A DNA stretch of 64,000 bases, taken from the NCBI GenBank assembly GCA_963924565.1, contig OZ004613.1, positions 22,382,001-22,446,000 of the forward strand, read 5' to 3'. Of this stretch, positions 1 to 14,300 are shown piece by piece (position 1 is the first letter of the stretch; each line of letters starts with the position of its first letter). This DNA is from Ascidiella aspersa (taxonomy: Eukaryota). The notes beneath the pieces were generated by a model that was not told where the DNA came from, made no database searches, and saw nothing but the letters and a program-made list of their open reading frames with translations. Position numbers and translations under genes: made by a program.

Positions 1-190
1 GAATAAGTGACTGGTGGCACCGGAGCTGGAGCCGGAGTCATTGGGTGTGTATTTGATGGCTCCGGAGCCGGAGCCAAAGGGTATGAGTTTTACGACTCCG
101 GAGCTGGAGCCGGAGCCATTTAATAATTGCCTTATGGCTCCGGAGCTGGAGCCGGAGCTATTGCTATTTTACGGTGGCTCCCCAGCCCTG
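1..190. mobile_element. 3' end of a GGAGC(C/T)-repeat non-autonomous DNA element
   Basis: Four clusters of ccggagc(t/c)ggagcc ending in ggctcccagccctg (TIR-like CCCTG end); truncated by window start. Confidence 0.5.
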
Positions 191-565
191 GTAAATACCA
201 TAACATTTCCCTAAAATGAAAAACAATCGCGACATACAAAAATCTCTCGAGGCACACTCTTTGAAAATAACTGACATATACAATAAATACAAGTGTAAAA
301 AATTGTTGCTTTATAGTTCTTATGGTGCGGCCCGTTCTCGAATTGAAATACTTTTATGCGTCCCAGTAAGCCTAAGTTTGGCGTATATCATCTACAGAAA
401 CTAAACTTGTTTAACATTACAAACGAAAATGGTTAAATTCTAATGCACAACACTAACGCAATTTACCATTTCTTAACAAAAGTATAAAGCACATATCACG
501 ATATGTTCTGTTCCATTGTCTCAATGCTGCAAATAATTTGTTAAATTACATTGGGGCGCAGATAG

Positions 566-2055
566 AAATGTTTGAAGTTGTAAAAAAGCCTCTATAGGGC
601 TTGCTACAAACTATAAAAGTCTTAGGGTTTGCTACAAACTATAAAAGTCTTCTATAGTTGATCGAAATAATAATAATGAAATGATGTTGTGTTTGCGTTA
701 TGTTGTACGTTGTTCGTAAATTTGCGTCCAGTATAGGACGTTGCCGCGGACATCATTTTATCGGAACGACGTTGCTGATCGTTTCGGCTTAGTTTTACCA
801 CCTGTCTGCAGATAATTAGATATGACTCTATCTGCCTAAATTCCTTGTTTAAATGATCGATATTCGATTTGAACTAATCGGGCTGCAGCTGGTCTATGCT
901 ATCAGCTCACAGGAGCTTATATCGTTACTGGTCTATACCGACTTTCGGGGTATCAGTCTTATTTCATTTATGTCGCTCACCTGTATATCCACTGACGTAC
1001 AATCCTCATATTAAATTCTTAAAGGTTTTTGATAACTCTTCTGCTATTAAGTGGGTATGGTGACTGCTCCTATACTTGACAATTTAATGCTATTTATTAT
1101 TTGTATTTTGTTTTGCACATATTATGTGCAGTAATCGGAAGAATACCTAATAAAATATATACTTTCTTTTTTGGGGGATAATTGATTCAAAAACAAAACG
1201 CCACACCAATTTCTTAAAATATCATAATTCAGACCCATTCAATAGATTTGCATTCTTAATTAGTTAAGGTCAAGTGAAACGACTTTTACCAGTTAAACAG
1301 AAAACATAAAAATCGTTTACATTCCAATTCTATTCAGTTAAGAAAATAAAACTTAACGAATATTGAAAACTGAAAGTTTATAACGCTATTGAAATTGTTT
1401 GTTTGTCAAACCACTATTTGGGAGTGCCAGGAGAACTTGCGTATACGTCTCTTGCAAAGATTTTTAAGTAGTATTTCCGAATTTTTAAGGCAAAAATACT
1501 TCTCAATTTTTTGGTCGCTTTTGATGCAAAGATGTTTTATTTTCAGCGTTTTCTTAAATTGTTTAATTTCCTGAGCTAAAATAATTATGTGGGCGCTAAA
1601 GTCACTCTATTTCTTCCTATTTCTTTATGGCATTCTATAACGTCTGTATGTATTCTGCACTGTAAATTAAGGTAAAACTTTTGTAATATGCAACAAAAAA
1701 TGTAGTATGCGACACAAAAATGTTTGAAGTTGTAAAAAATCTTCTATAGGGTTATAAACTAAAATCTATACCAGTTGATCGAAATGTTAATAATAAAATA
1801 ATGTTATGTTTGTGTTGTGTTGTACGTTGTTCGTTGTGTCTGTTTGCTTCCCGCGAAAATTATTTTACCGGGACACCGTTCCGTCTTACTTTTACCACAG
1901 GTCTGCTGTTAATTGGATATGCCTCTATCTGCTTGAATTCCCTGCTTTAAGATCGATATTCCATTTGAACTAATCGTGTTGCAGATGGTCTACCGGAGTA
2001 TCAGTCAATTTTAATCTATACCGATCACCTGTATATCTGCTGACGACGTACAATG
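566..2055 (+). repeat. Two diverged direct copies of a ~350-440 bp repeat (566-1005 and 1718-2055)
   Basis: Shared blocks aaatgtttgaagttgtaaaaaa, tgttgtacgttgttcgt, gatcgatattc.atttgaactaatcg, tcacctgtatatc. Confidence 0.8.
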
Positions 2056-5000
2056 CTCGAAATATCGTTTCTAGTACGATTTGTATCCTCTTTTTCAAAA
2101 TATGATTCAAATATTCCACCCAATGCGATTACACCTTACGTCTACAACATACGGCTTTATCGCTTTCCAAACTTTCTATAAAGCAACGCATGTTCAATGG
2201 ATAAATAAACGTTGTCGAGCCCCGATTTATGCGACGACTTCGCAGCCGCTGTTTAAACACAAAGGTTAATTCCCTTCTCTATTTTTCCCTTTTAATGTTT
2301 TGGTTTGTTTCTATTTTTAAGGTTAGTATTGTCAATTTAATTAAACCATATTCACTTTTAATTGCTTTTTATTTAGTCAAACCTCAACAGAATAAGAATA
2401 AATAAAATCACAGAGCATTCTGCTGATAAGAAAACGTTTTTTGGTCACGCCTACATCAATACAAACATTCATGGTTTAAAAAGATGAAAGGGTATTACCC
2501 TTTTTTTGTTTTCTTTTGAATGAATAATACAGTAGCTCGTTACTCCTATGAAAGGGCTCAATCATGTCAATCCTTCATTAAGTTCATTGACTTCTCTATT
2601 AAAACAAACAAACATTGACCCAACAGCCTTTTAAATGCACTTGATTTCTATTCTGTCTAACAAAGTGGTTTTTCAATTGCGTGTTGTGTATTTAAGCTTA
2701 TTATTTTATATTGCCATACTCACAATAATATAAAACATTAGAAGATGGAGTACTGGTAGCCTACTATTCTATTACTACAATCGCATGATGTCAGTGAAGA
2801 GATGTAAACGTTGCACGAAATAAGCAGTTGTGAGATGAAGCCGCAACGTCCCGGAATGGCGTTTTTTATGCCGTATTGGTGAAAAGTAAGTTATTTATTT
2901 CACATGTGCAACCCTTTTTATAAATACTTACGTAGCGTAAATGCAAGTTTAATCTTTCACATGCTTTCAGACTAAATTTTTAGCACGAGGTTAAATGATA
3001 ACCCCTGCTTCAATCAGGTCACTTGTTTTACTTGAGACGTAGCTTTGTGATGTCATCTCTAAATTTTCATGTAATCTACTCTTGCCAATGTCATTTCATT
3101 GTACCTAACGTCGTACCATTGTGTTGAAAACATTGAAGTTTGTAAAAACAAAAATTAGCTGTCCTAAAATAAAGTTACAAACTGCAAAGAAACTAAAGCC
3201 ATGTCTGAATTACTTTTACGATTATAGTTCATTTCATGTATTTTAGAGTCATTAAGTTATTTTGGGACTTGAGAAGAGTAAAATAAAATCGGCCAATTAA
3301 AATATGGGACCGATATAACCTTTGTAGATCAATAAATAGTTCATAATTTTCGAAGGATATGTGGCGCTTTTTCATTAATTATATAACTTTGAGTTAAATA
3401 TTTACTTTGACTTAATTATTGCAGTTATTCGTGCATGTGGTTGATATGTTGTTGTGTTTTTCTGCTGAAAGCGTAAAAGTGAGGGTCGTCCATTATCGTA
3501 AGCGAAAATGGCTATATTTTGCTTTATTAACAGCAGCGTTTTAAAAGCCTAACCTCAGCAGAAAACCACTACTAAATCTTTCGACTACGTTTCGTAAAGT
3601 AACAAAAAATATTTAGCGAAAGAATGTATTCGGCAAAAGTCGAAATTTTGTAAGGGTATATAGAAACGAACGCGTGATTCGGTGTTTGTAAAAACTCACG
3701 TATCATACCGTTTATTGTTATGATATGCTGGTTTTGCCACAACAGACACAACAAAACACATTTACAAAAAAAGTTTGAGCTGGCAGCACTGGGTCAGTAC
3801 TAGCACTTATAAGTTTAAAGAGCCAGAAAAGCCTGTCGGCCAGCGAGTTTGCCTACCGCTGCTATATCGTATAGATTAGGTTCTTTTACAACGTTGTAGT
3901 CCGAATTAGTACGAACCATTGTGGAGATTAGATAGAGCTGGCGACAGCGGTCCAGAATAATTTGCGCATTAAGCGGTTAGCTAGCGACAAGAGTGGGAAA
4001 CAGCTTAGCGCCTCGACTGACGTGCCTTTGATGTCGGTAATCTAGTTCAATAAACTTGAACGCCATTTGCAGGACGAGCTAGCTAATGTCTAAGAGAAGC
4101 AAAGTGGCCGATTACCAGACGAATAGCGAACAAACAGAATAAAGAGGATTTGGACTATTCTTTTTGTTAGACCAGGCCATATTAAATTTATTGTAAAAAT
4201 TTTGCCTGTTGTTTTGAGCATCCGGTGGGACTGGAGGCACAGGTGGACTGCAGTGTTTGGTGTAGATATACGATGCTATATAGAAAGAAGGTATGCGTTG
4301 TAGGCTAAACCTGTTCTTTGCAGCACAACCATAGAGCGGTACTTTGTTTTTATTTCGTTTTCATACAGATAAATTGAGTATACAGTATGCCATTATTAAT
4401 TTCGATTTGTTAACTACTATTCAGGGAGGCCCAATAACTGAAAAAGCGGTAACTTGCTAAATGTGTTGTGATACTACTCAAAAACTTAGCATAATAGTAT
4501 TGCCACATACAAATTCACATAACGAATTATTACAGGCAACATGCTTTTAAAAAAATATTTAAAAATATTTTATGAAAGTTATGCACTAGGTTTTACTCAG
4601 TCGGCAATATCGATGAGTTTCAAACAACTATTGTGCTCTTAAAGGTATTCGAATCATTTGATCTGAGTGAAGCAATTCAATCCTAGTTTAATCACGCGAT
4701 AATTTCGACATAAAAATGCGGAGACTTATATGTGTTTGTGGTTTCGCATGAGAGCAGTTGCAGGAAAGTAACAATGAACAAAATCTAGTGTAAATCAAGT
4801 TATAGTTTGACCAATGGTTTTATCTCAGGGTTCATGATTCGGCAACCTCAGGGTCTAGGTACTCAACCATTGCCCGAGGTAATGGTTCGCTGCCCCAATA
4901 CTGGTCCTACAGTCTTTAATATGGGCGCCGTCGGTTTGAAAATCTTCTTATAGGTTGTTTATTCAAAATATTGAAGCACTGACTCTGTATTGCAACTCCA

Positions 5001-8000
5001 CTTTACCGGAACGCGAAAGTTGCATTAACCTGTAGGAGTGTAGGTCTTATTTTAAAACTACCGGTATAAACACTTATAAGGCGTAACTTTATTTAAATAT
5101 ATAGCATTTCCCTCAGTACATTTTTGCGTAAAACGAACAATTTAAATATATTTACTCTTACGATTTTAATTAGTAATTTGTTTCTGCTATTAAGAGGCAC
5201 CTACGCACGTCACGCTTTAGCCTGAAAACACATTGCACAAGTGATGGTTTACGGTTTGTCAATAAGTAAAAGTCTCTCTTTCGCAACGCTATTGTTCCGG
5301 CACCATGGGACAGGTACACACTTGTTTTACGATTACGGTTTACGACAGCCAATTGAAAGGATAAAACAAAATCAAAGTGGTTAGCTGCCCTTTTAAATTT
5401 ATCCAACTTTTGAACGGTATAAAGCGATTTTAAATACTATGTTATAAAGCGATTTAAATACTATGACTTGCAGCCGCAGCGCAAAGTGTTTATTTCAGTT
5501 CATTTACATCCTGTCTTAATCTTGAGGACATCATGTTAAGCAAAAAAGCAAAGTCAAAATTTAAAAATTCTAAATAACTTTTCAAAGCAGTCATAATTTA
5601 AAAAGTTTAAATAACCCATGAGTACGCCAGGTGTGAGGGTATATAGGGACAAGTCCCGAAGCCCGGTCGCCCGAAATGAAATATTGCGCTTTGATTTACT
5701 ACGGCAATCTGCAGCGTTCGAGCGTAATTACGACACAGCTTTGACGACAAGCCGCAGCAATCATTACTGTTTATTGCTCGAAAGCCGGACTCTTCTTTTG
5801 TGTGGCGAATAATAATAATAATCGATGGCGAAGAACTATACGTGCCACTACCGTTCGAGTCAGGCTTGCGTTTTCTCAGGATGGTATGGTGATGATTAAG
5901 AGGAGTGTCGGTCTTTGTTATCGAGCTTTGCCACACTGCTGGTTAATGATTTCTTCATTGGTATACGTGCCTGTGTGTGCGAGAGACCGCACAGTAAACT
6001 GTAAAGGTCTGAGCCACGGTGTGTGCGCCAGCATATGATAAAGCGCAATACAATTTCAAGTGGATACCATGCTGCGTTTTGAGAGGCAAGGTCTTCGCCG
6101 TTTGCGACGTGATCAAATTTCAATTCATCGGGAATATGTGCTGCGCTACCAAGGAACCCGATCAGATATCTGTGAAATCGCGGCTAAATTTGTTTTCCAT
6201 TGTGATGGCAGGTCGATATAGCTATTGATGAAGGTGTGGTACTAAAATATAGGTGACTTCAGCATAGTGAAAGAATAGTTGCCTTTAAACTGCCAACGCA
6301 AGATTAAAGGCATGACAGATAAGGTAGACTGTAAGTAAAAATCAAAAATCCTTAAAATAGCAGATTCTGATGCCAGATAGAATACCAATATGGAGCAAAA
6401 GGCGCACATCATCATTTAACAGCGTTTGGCACGTGTTTGTAAAGCGTGTGTCGAAAAAAGACATCAAAAAGAGTAATGTAAGCGCTAACGATTAACTTTC
6501 GATTTGCAGTTATTTGTCAACGTCCAACTTCAACACCCACTTTAATCTGGCGTATTAGTTAACAAAATACAGATTCTAGTAGGGCCAACAACTTTCTCTT
6601 TAATCGTTACGTGGGTGGCCGATTGCTACAGAAGTCAATATCTTGTTCGTTCAAGCAGTTCAAATGTTTGCTTAGCGATAAAATTAGGCCCTACCCGGAC
6701 AACACATCAAATCGACAACATGCCTTCTCTGCTGTTATTCATGAAGATGAAGATGTATCGTTAGTGGACAAAAAATTGATTTCTGTTATTTAAGAAAATC
6801 GTTGATCGTTTTATACGTGAAACCACGTTCGTCAATACAAGGCTTTTGCGTTTTGAGAACGGTTTTTTGTGTGTTTGAGAACGTTGCGAGCTGTCAGTCC
6901 GCGCAGCCAGCCAGCGCCGTATTTCATTCACGTCAGTCACCTGACCTTTTGGCACATTACGGCTGAAGCACGGGCAGATTGGCGTCGAGACGGTGCAAAA
7001 TGCGGACGCGCGTGTTTGTAGGAAGCTGGTAAGGCGTATTACTGTTGAGAGGACCTGATTTTCTGTTTTGAAAGTGTTATCGGCGCGAAAGCTTGACGGA
7101 ACGGTGGAAATTGAAGGTTTCTTAATGCGAAGGAGAAAGTATTGCGATCTGGTAAAATAACAAAATTTGCTCGGCCTAAAGTTCATCTTGAATTGGCGAA
7201 GATCGTTCAAGTAAGCGCGTAAACAGGTTAGGCAATCGCGAGCGTAAGTAGTACAATAGATGAGCATTTCACAGACCCGGGGTCGCAACCATCCATGGGG
7301 TAACGCCACCATATTTAGGGAGTCGCGAGGCAATATACATTGCGCTTTTTCGTTCGAAATACGTACGTAGAAATATTACAAAGACAATCGCAAGCTGAGT
7401 TGAACACTAGTTGAAATTCGTGCACGAAAACAGACAGCCAAAGATGTCTTACTTATCTCTTTTAAACTTGAATGGTCGCAGAAAGTTTTGGACTAAATTG
7501 GATCGCAGTTTAAAAATGTTTGGCAAACCCTGCAATAAGCTGACGCTCCACTTTAGCAGGTGATCCAACCAGTGGTCACGTGACAGCAGCGAAAAAATCG
7601 CTATGACGTCGGGCACTTTGTCGAAACAAAGGAGGACTTGCAAGCGACGTCGGCGGCAAACATGCGGGATTGCGCGTGCGCGAAAAACGCTGTGCGCCGA
7701 ACTGATTTGTAAACGCGGGCCGGTCTAGTTTACTACGTGCGGTAAGCGCCTGAAGTAAACACCCCGGCCGGATGAGGCGAAACGTCGCTGCTGTTTCGAA
7801 GGCGGCTGCTGAAGCGCGTGTTGGCCTTGTATTGTTCGTTCACGGCGCAAAGCTGGCTTGAAATTGAGACTGATATCTCGTTGGTTAGGGTTTCCAAATG
7901 AAGTCTTTATTATTATTATTACATTTCGCAGCACAGTTAGCCAGTACCATTCAAAAAAGTTTTAGGCAGAAATAAGGAGATCAGAGCAAGTGCCTGGTTG

Positions 8001-11000
8001 TATTGCTCAAGAAATAATGGTTGTCGATTGTCAGTGTAGCGAATGCGTAATAAAAAGCAGTATAGAAATTAAAGAATTTTTAACCCTTTATAAAACCATC
8101 ATTGTGATTAAAGCGTTTCGTAATAAGTAAAGTAATGATTCGACGTTAAACTATTAATAGCCTGTATGGTGTAGTGTAGAGGTAGTGTTTCACAAGGGAT
8201 TGCAATCCTAAACACAATTTCGCATTTATTGTGCTTTGCTATTGCATGTATTTACATTTCATTACTGAGTGACGATATAGATTTTTATCTGAATAGCACT
8301 GGTTACATACTTGCAATTCCACGCCAAAGATTATATTTTGCTTCTCTTACTTTACAAACTTTGCAGTTTGGGAAAATAAATACAGATACTATAATTAACG
8401 AAAAATTTTTATTAACGAAAAATTTTACTCCAGCGATGCACACGACGTCATAACAGTGATGGACAGCTATCGGTGGGAAGACCGCTGTTGTTGCGCGCCT
8501 CACGCGGCTCATTCCATCGATTCAAGTCCTATAAAGCATTCGATTGTCAAATGTAATTGCGCCGTGAACGGCTGACGGCGACCAAAACCAATTCTAACGC
8601 AATTATAAGGACAGTCGAAAATCTATACGTCGCCTGTTTATAAAGAATACATTTTAATGGTATCGCCCTCGTGAGACTCCTCTCCGACTGAACAAGGGTG
8701 ATGGGAATTTGTTGCAGTGCATTTTCCAAGCTTTTTGATGGTCTTTGCCGGGCATATTGAGTTTTTCAAGTTGAATTTTGTTTAGATTAAAACAGCAGGT
8801 TTACAGAAAGCGTACATTCTGTAAAGCGACCAACATTCAAAAGCCAGAACATCTATGTTGCACATTGTTGCGCGTTTGGAAAATTTAAACATTTCATCTA
8901 ACACGTTCAGGATTAAGATTAGTTTTATCCTGCTGACTTGCATAACATCCCGCCTACCAGAGCAGTTTTTCGCAACTGTAGACGTTGAAGCAGATTCCAA
9001 ATGCTGCGCCCGAAAAACGAAACAGAAAGAGTCGATTACAAAGCTATTTGACAAAAGTTCCAACTGTATTAGCATTCCAGCACGTGCCACTCTGCGGTTT
9101 GAGCTGTGTCAAGATAAAAGCGAGTCCTCTGTTTGCCCCACCGTATTGTGACGTCATGCGAGGGATTAGTCCAAACTTGTTGGTTGCGAGGCCACGCTTT
9201 AGGGGGCTTACAACGTTTAATCCCCTTGTTCCAGTATCGCAAGTAAACCGTATCCAAAGCCGCCCGAATCACGTTACTATATACACGGCTCGGCACCGTC
9301 TAATCGTTCGCGACGAGGCATAAGGCTACAGGACAAGGGCGGAGCACCCAATACCACACTGCGTCAGTAAACAGTCGAGCAAGATTAAGAATATAAGTAT
9401 GCACACTCCCTTTATTAACGCGCGCCTTTGGTAGCTGTTTAACCACATACGTTGACTGGGTTTTCTCAACGCGTAATAGAGGAATTGTGGTTTTGAAAGC
9501 AAAATTGATCAACTGAAAACACGATTATGAATACAAGCTAGAATGTAGTTTCATGTGTATTCGTTTATTACGAAAACCTGGTCGAACAAAACTCGGAGTA
9601 ATAACGTCCGTTGGTAGGCTGTTTTAATTGTAAGGTTCCACGCGATTAACACGGTTACATTTTCGAAAAATACAAACAAATGCCGCTAAGATACATTTTC
9701 ATCGTTTTAAATTGTCCTCGACTAGTTTTTCCAATAATATTTACGCTATCCAATTTACAGACTTACAGAGTAGCCTACTTAAACCCTGCTTTTAAGAGAT
9801 AAGACGAAACTCGAATCGTTGAAACCTGAGTTACGGAGAACTTAATGTCGTTTGGCTGTGAACTGTCGCGACGCGCAAACATGAGTTTAGTTGTTGCTTT
9901 CACTTTAATTTTTCCTTCCTTGTTTGAGCAATTAATGGTTCATAATATAGGTTTGGATGTATGTTTTTGTCGTTCAGCCCTGAAATGAGTCAGTTTTCAA
10001 AGCAACGTTCACCTCAATAAACGGATTGATTGCATGGCCCAAAAAAAGGAGAATGTAAATCAATGCAGTTACTCTAAGCAGCGACTAAACCTGGGCAGTA
10101 GTAGACGGCAATTTATTTTGCTGTTTGGAGAGAGACTTTGCTACCGCCACATAAGCGTAAACGTAAACTAAACCTAGTCTCGAGAGGTGTAATGTCTGTG
10201 ACGTCATAACTATGTCGCCGACAGTGATTATTAACATTTTCGCGTGTGTAATTCCAGCTATTTGTTTCGTAAACGCTGCGGTGTAAGGCTGTCGAGTAAC
10301 GTGCTTTTAAGTTTGGCTCGATTTCTCGAAAATAGGAGAGAGTTGATCGGCGTTTGACAGAAAGCGTTCAAACTAAAGAAAAGCGTAAATCGATAGACCA
10401 TAGCTAAGATAATTTGTAAGTGCTTGACATCTAAAGAATGAAGTTGGGTAATGCTTCTTCTTATTTTTAAACGAGATTTTATCTGTAAAGGATCTCTGTA
10501 AGTGTGGCTTAACTAAGAGCCTCAAGTAATTAGGGCTTATGACTTTTGACAGACTTAATAATGTCGCAATTAAATAATAAAAAAGTAACTTATCTAAATC
10601 TCCCAAGAAGCTTGACAGAATTGTCATATGTCAATTAATGTCTGGTCTGATTTCGCATTCTAAAACATTCGTATTTAACACTATTATGGTGAAACAGATA
10701 TCTAGGCATGTTTTGGTTGGCACACCGTATGTCCTGGTCGGATCATTATTCCTAACGACGGCTATGGAAATACGCATGGCACGGGCGCAATTCTACGTGT
10801 GTGTTAAAAATCTAAACATAGCCGAACTATAAATGAATATTACTCTTAGAGCGGTCAAGGTAAACATGCCTAATCACAATCACACCATTTTCTTTAAAAT
10901 AGTATTCGCGACAACGACTATAAATACAGGCATCCGTTTTTAGTTTGCCAAAGTTACACTAAAGCAGCGGCCAAGGTATTCGAGCAAATTCGAGAATTGG

Positions 11001-11316
11001 CAGCATTTTGAAATACGCCACAAACAGACTTGCCCCGAAAGTTAAGGTCGATTTTAATATAATTAGGTTGTAAAGCAACGAGCAGTTTTAATTGTGACAA
11101 GCTTTAGAACATTAGCAGAAAACAGTTTAGTACGTTTCGCTCAAGTTGATAATATTTACATTCTCTGTGGAATCTTTTTCAGACTATTGCCGGTAGCCTA
11201 TATATAAAGTTTGGTTACGAAGTGATCCGATGTGTAAGCTTTTCTCGGTGGAGCCTTGTTAGGAAAAACGCAGGACGGGCTCTAAAGCTTGCAAAAGTGC
11301 CAAGGCAACTTGCAAG

Positions 11317-11353
11317 ATGGCTGCTGCTTGTGTGCTGGAACATCATGAAGTCG
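11317..11353 (+). CDS. PDE putative first coding exon ([12 protein letters not shown])
   Basis: ATG in context gcaagATGg, donor GTAGGT, phase 1 matching exon 2. The join gives EVEEWLDDH, resembling PDE5/PDE11 N-termini. Short, so less certain. Confidence 0.6.
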
Positions 11354-14300
11354 GTAGGTGCTGGTCAAAGTTGGCAATTAGATTTATTTTAGCTTTTCGA
11401 AATTCAATTAAAATTAAAATTAGAGCATTTTAGTTTTTCAAACTAGATTAGAATTAAAATTAGAATTAGGCTACTAAATTATTAAAGTACAATTACATTT
11501 AATTAGGTTTAAATCGGAATTTATTCTCATTGCAATGCGTCCAATATTCCTGTGGTAATATTTATATGTTTCCTGTGGTAATTATTATTTATATGTAGAA
11601 CAGCATATGCCTTTCAGACTGCAAAACACACCTTGATATATAGTTGTGACTAAACAGTAATATTTCCAATTCATTGTTTCGACTGAAAGCCAAAAAATGC
11701 CGTTGGCCAAAGTCGCAGTTTTGATAAAACCCGAATTAGATTAGATCTAGAATTAGAGCATACAGGCAATTCACAAATTAGATTACTTTCAGAATATGTC
11801 GCATTTCGCTTGAATTATAAAAGTAGAATTATTATCTAGTTGTCTAAGTCTGGTGGTGGTTCGCTCATGTTGCAGCTGAATTTTAGATTAGCTTGACATT
11901 TTTATGGGCAAGTTACAGTTCGATTGATCACTCGCTAGAAGCGCAACAGTATACTATGGCCTTTCTTTAGGGTTTGTGTTTATGACTTCATATATACGCA
12001 GGCTTAAGCGCGACATAGCACGTCGTTGTTACAACTATGTAGACATGAACCAACTCATGTGATCGCGTATGGCTGAAACAGGAAATATATACAACAGTGC
12101 AGCTATAGTTAATGAATAAACTGTTGCAACCATCAATGATAGATTTGTATAGCTTTGTATAAAAAATGCAAAAATGGCGTAAAGAGTCTAATGTATAAAC
12201 GACCGTCCTTACGGTATTTTTTTGTAGTAAAGCAATAAGTTGTTTTGCAACTGGTTGTTTAACGAATTTATGTAGAAGTTTTATACCTAAAAATAACATA
12301 ATGAGTTCGTCCCAAAAGGAAGACACGTATAGAAAAGCTGTATAGCCCGAATCTGCAAAAAATAATCTCGACTATTTCTGTAGAGGAATGGTTGGATGAC
12401 CACCCGGATTTTACCAACGACTATTTTCTCCGCAAGGCAACGCAGTCGATGATCAACACTTGGCTGGCAGATCGAGTTATTCGGATTGCTGCCGACGAAC
12501 GAAAAATACCCAGCCTGGACCGAGCAAAGATGTCCGGTATGTTCGAAAATCGCGTTTGACGGGATCCCAAAATTACTTCAACGAACATAATGTAGTTAGG
12601 GTACAATGTTCACTAATATCGTTGTGCTAAACTAAAGGTTTGACGCTGAATAGCTATTTTGATTAACCCTTATTGTTAAGGTTTATGATGGTATCACTTA
12701 GGTCCTAATGTTAACCATATTTTGGGCATACGCTATAACAGTGGTTCTCACCTGGGGTGCCATTGTCAATGCTCAAGGGTGCCGAGAGATATTTGAGAAT
12801 CTTTAAGAATCTGTTTTTTGCTCAACTCTTACAACTTTTAGTGTAAGATAAGAGCGGAATAAATCCAGTTATAGCTTCCTACGTTGTATAAACTTAATTG
12901 AAAAGTAAGTTTAAAGTCTAAGTTTTACTTGACGCATCAGCGGTGCAGTCATAAAGATAAGCAAAAAAATTGCTGCTATGTATGGTTGGGGACTTATTAA
13001 ACAAATGGCCTTATCATGTTTGGCTAAAATATGACGACGCCCAAATAAAACACCAAGAACTGCAGCAGCACTAGCAGCAGCCAACATTTTTCTAACTCGG
13101 CTTCGATCTGTCGCTTAGACGACGACGCGTCGCGTCCGGGCAGCGCGGCAAGCGACACGAGCGCAGGTTGCAAGACACCCATCCGCAAAATCAGCCACGA
13201 GGAGATCAACCCACGCTACTTGCCGCTCAAGCCCATGGTCAATACCGACGAGCAGGGCGCCCCTAGTTTCTACATGCCAGAAAACCTATCGCCAACCACT
13301 CCGCGCCGTAAGCCGCCTGGCGCTGGACTGCGTTCACAAGACAAGCTAAGGACCAGGAGGATTTCGCACTATCACAGCCCGCCGCTGAAGAACGGTGAGA
13401 TACTGACGTCAGAGGACGGCGCGGGCGATGCTGGCGTGATCGACGAACGCGACATGATCATGGAGCTGGTGATGGACATCGCGATGGACCTCGACATGAC
13501 CTCGGTCAGTCACCGGATACTCCAGGTAGGCGACTGTTTTGCTGCGTGGTTTTTGTCTGATCAGATGATGTATTGTTTACAGAACAAAATACGACGCATT
13601 TTTACCGTAAATTGACAAAATGGTATTGGAAGTTACACCAGTAATCGACTTTTAAACTTTCTGGATCAGTTTAACCTTTGGGATCATCATTTTACTCTTC
13701 TTTTTTATTTGACTTGTTCAAAAATATATTTAGCAGCTTAATTGGGGGAGCTTTTATCAGTAACATCGTTACTTAATGGCTCCCGCTTTGGAGTTTATAG
13801 TGAAATATAGATTTTAGATTACAACTGTATTTTCATTTCGTGCCTTATCTTCTGGCAACAAAATTTTTTCAAAGTCATTATTTTGAAGATTTCTATCACA
13901 ATGTATTGTTACCTTGAAACGGTACCGACGATGAAGTTATACTGATTAAAAATATGCAACGAACAAGGGGAACAAGGCGAGAAATTAAAAATATATATAT
14001 CTAACAAGGCGCGAAATTCGGCAGGAACAAAATAAACGTGTTTTTTAAATCATGTTCTGCCACGGGATCCATTGCCGTCGTGATTAGACCCCCGTAATGT
14101 TGTTCACTCACGCGAAAGTCGTTTCCAGCCTTGGAAAAGGGCATCGATCAGGTTATAGTTGATGGGCCCATTGCAGCCCCAATAACGACGGATCCGGTTT
14201 CTCATAATTGCGCCGAAACGCGCAGATTGAACGGCTTGTTTCTTGCCTCCACTCCACGCCATAGACCTCCTAGGCGACGATAATGATGCAAGATTTATAA

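Noticed and set aside
14-214. ORF with APELEPE repeats
   Set aside because: Translation of the GGAGCC repeat element; no coding evidence.
7766-7790. CGGATGAGGCGAAACGTC hammerhead-like string
   Set aside because: Core is CGGAUGA rather than CUGANGA and there is no room for stem II.
5607-7934. Overlapping ORFs, including 190 aa on the minus strand, in CpG-rich patches upstream of the PDE
   Set aside because: No recognisable motif or convincing splice structure; more likely promoter, enhancer or 5'UTR sequence, which I cannot delimit.
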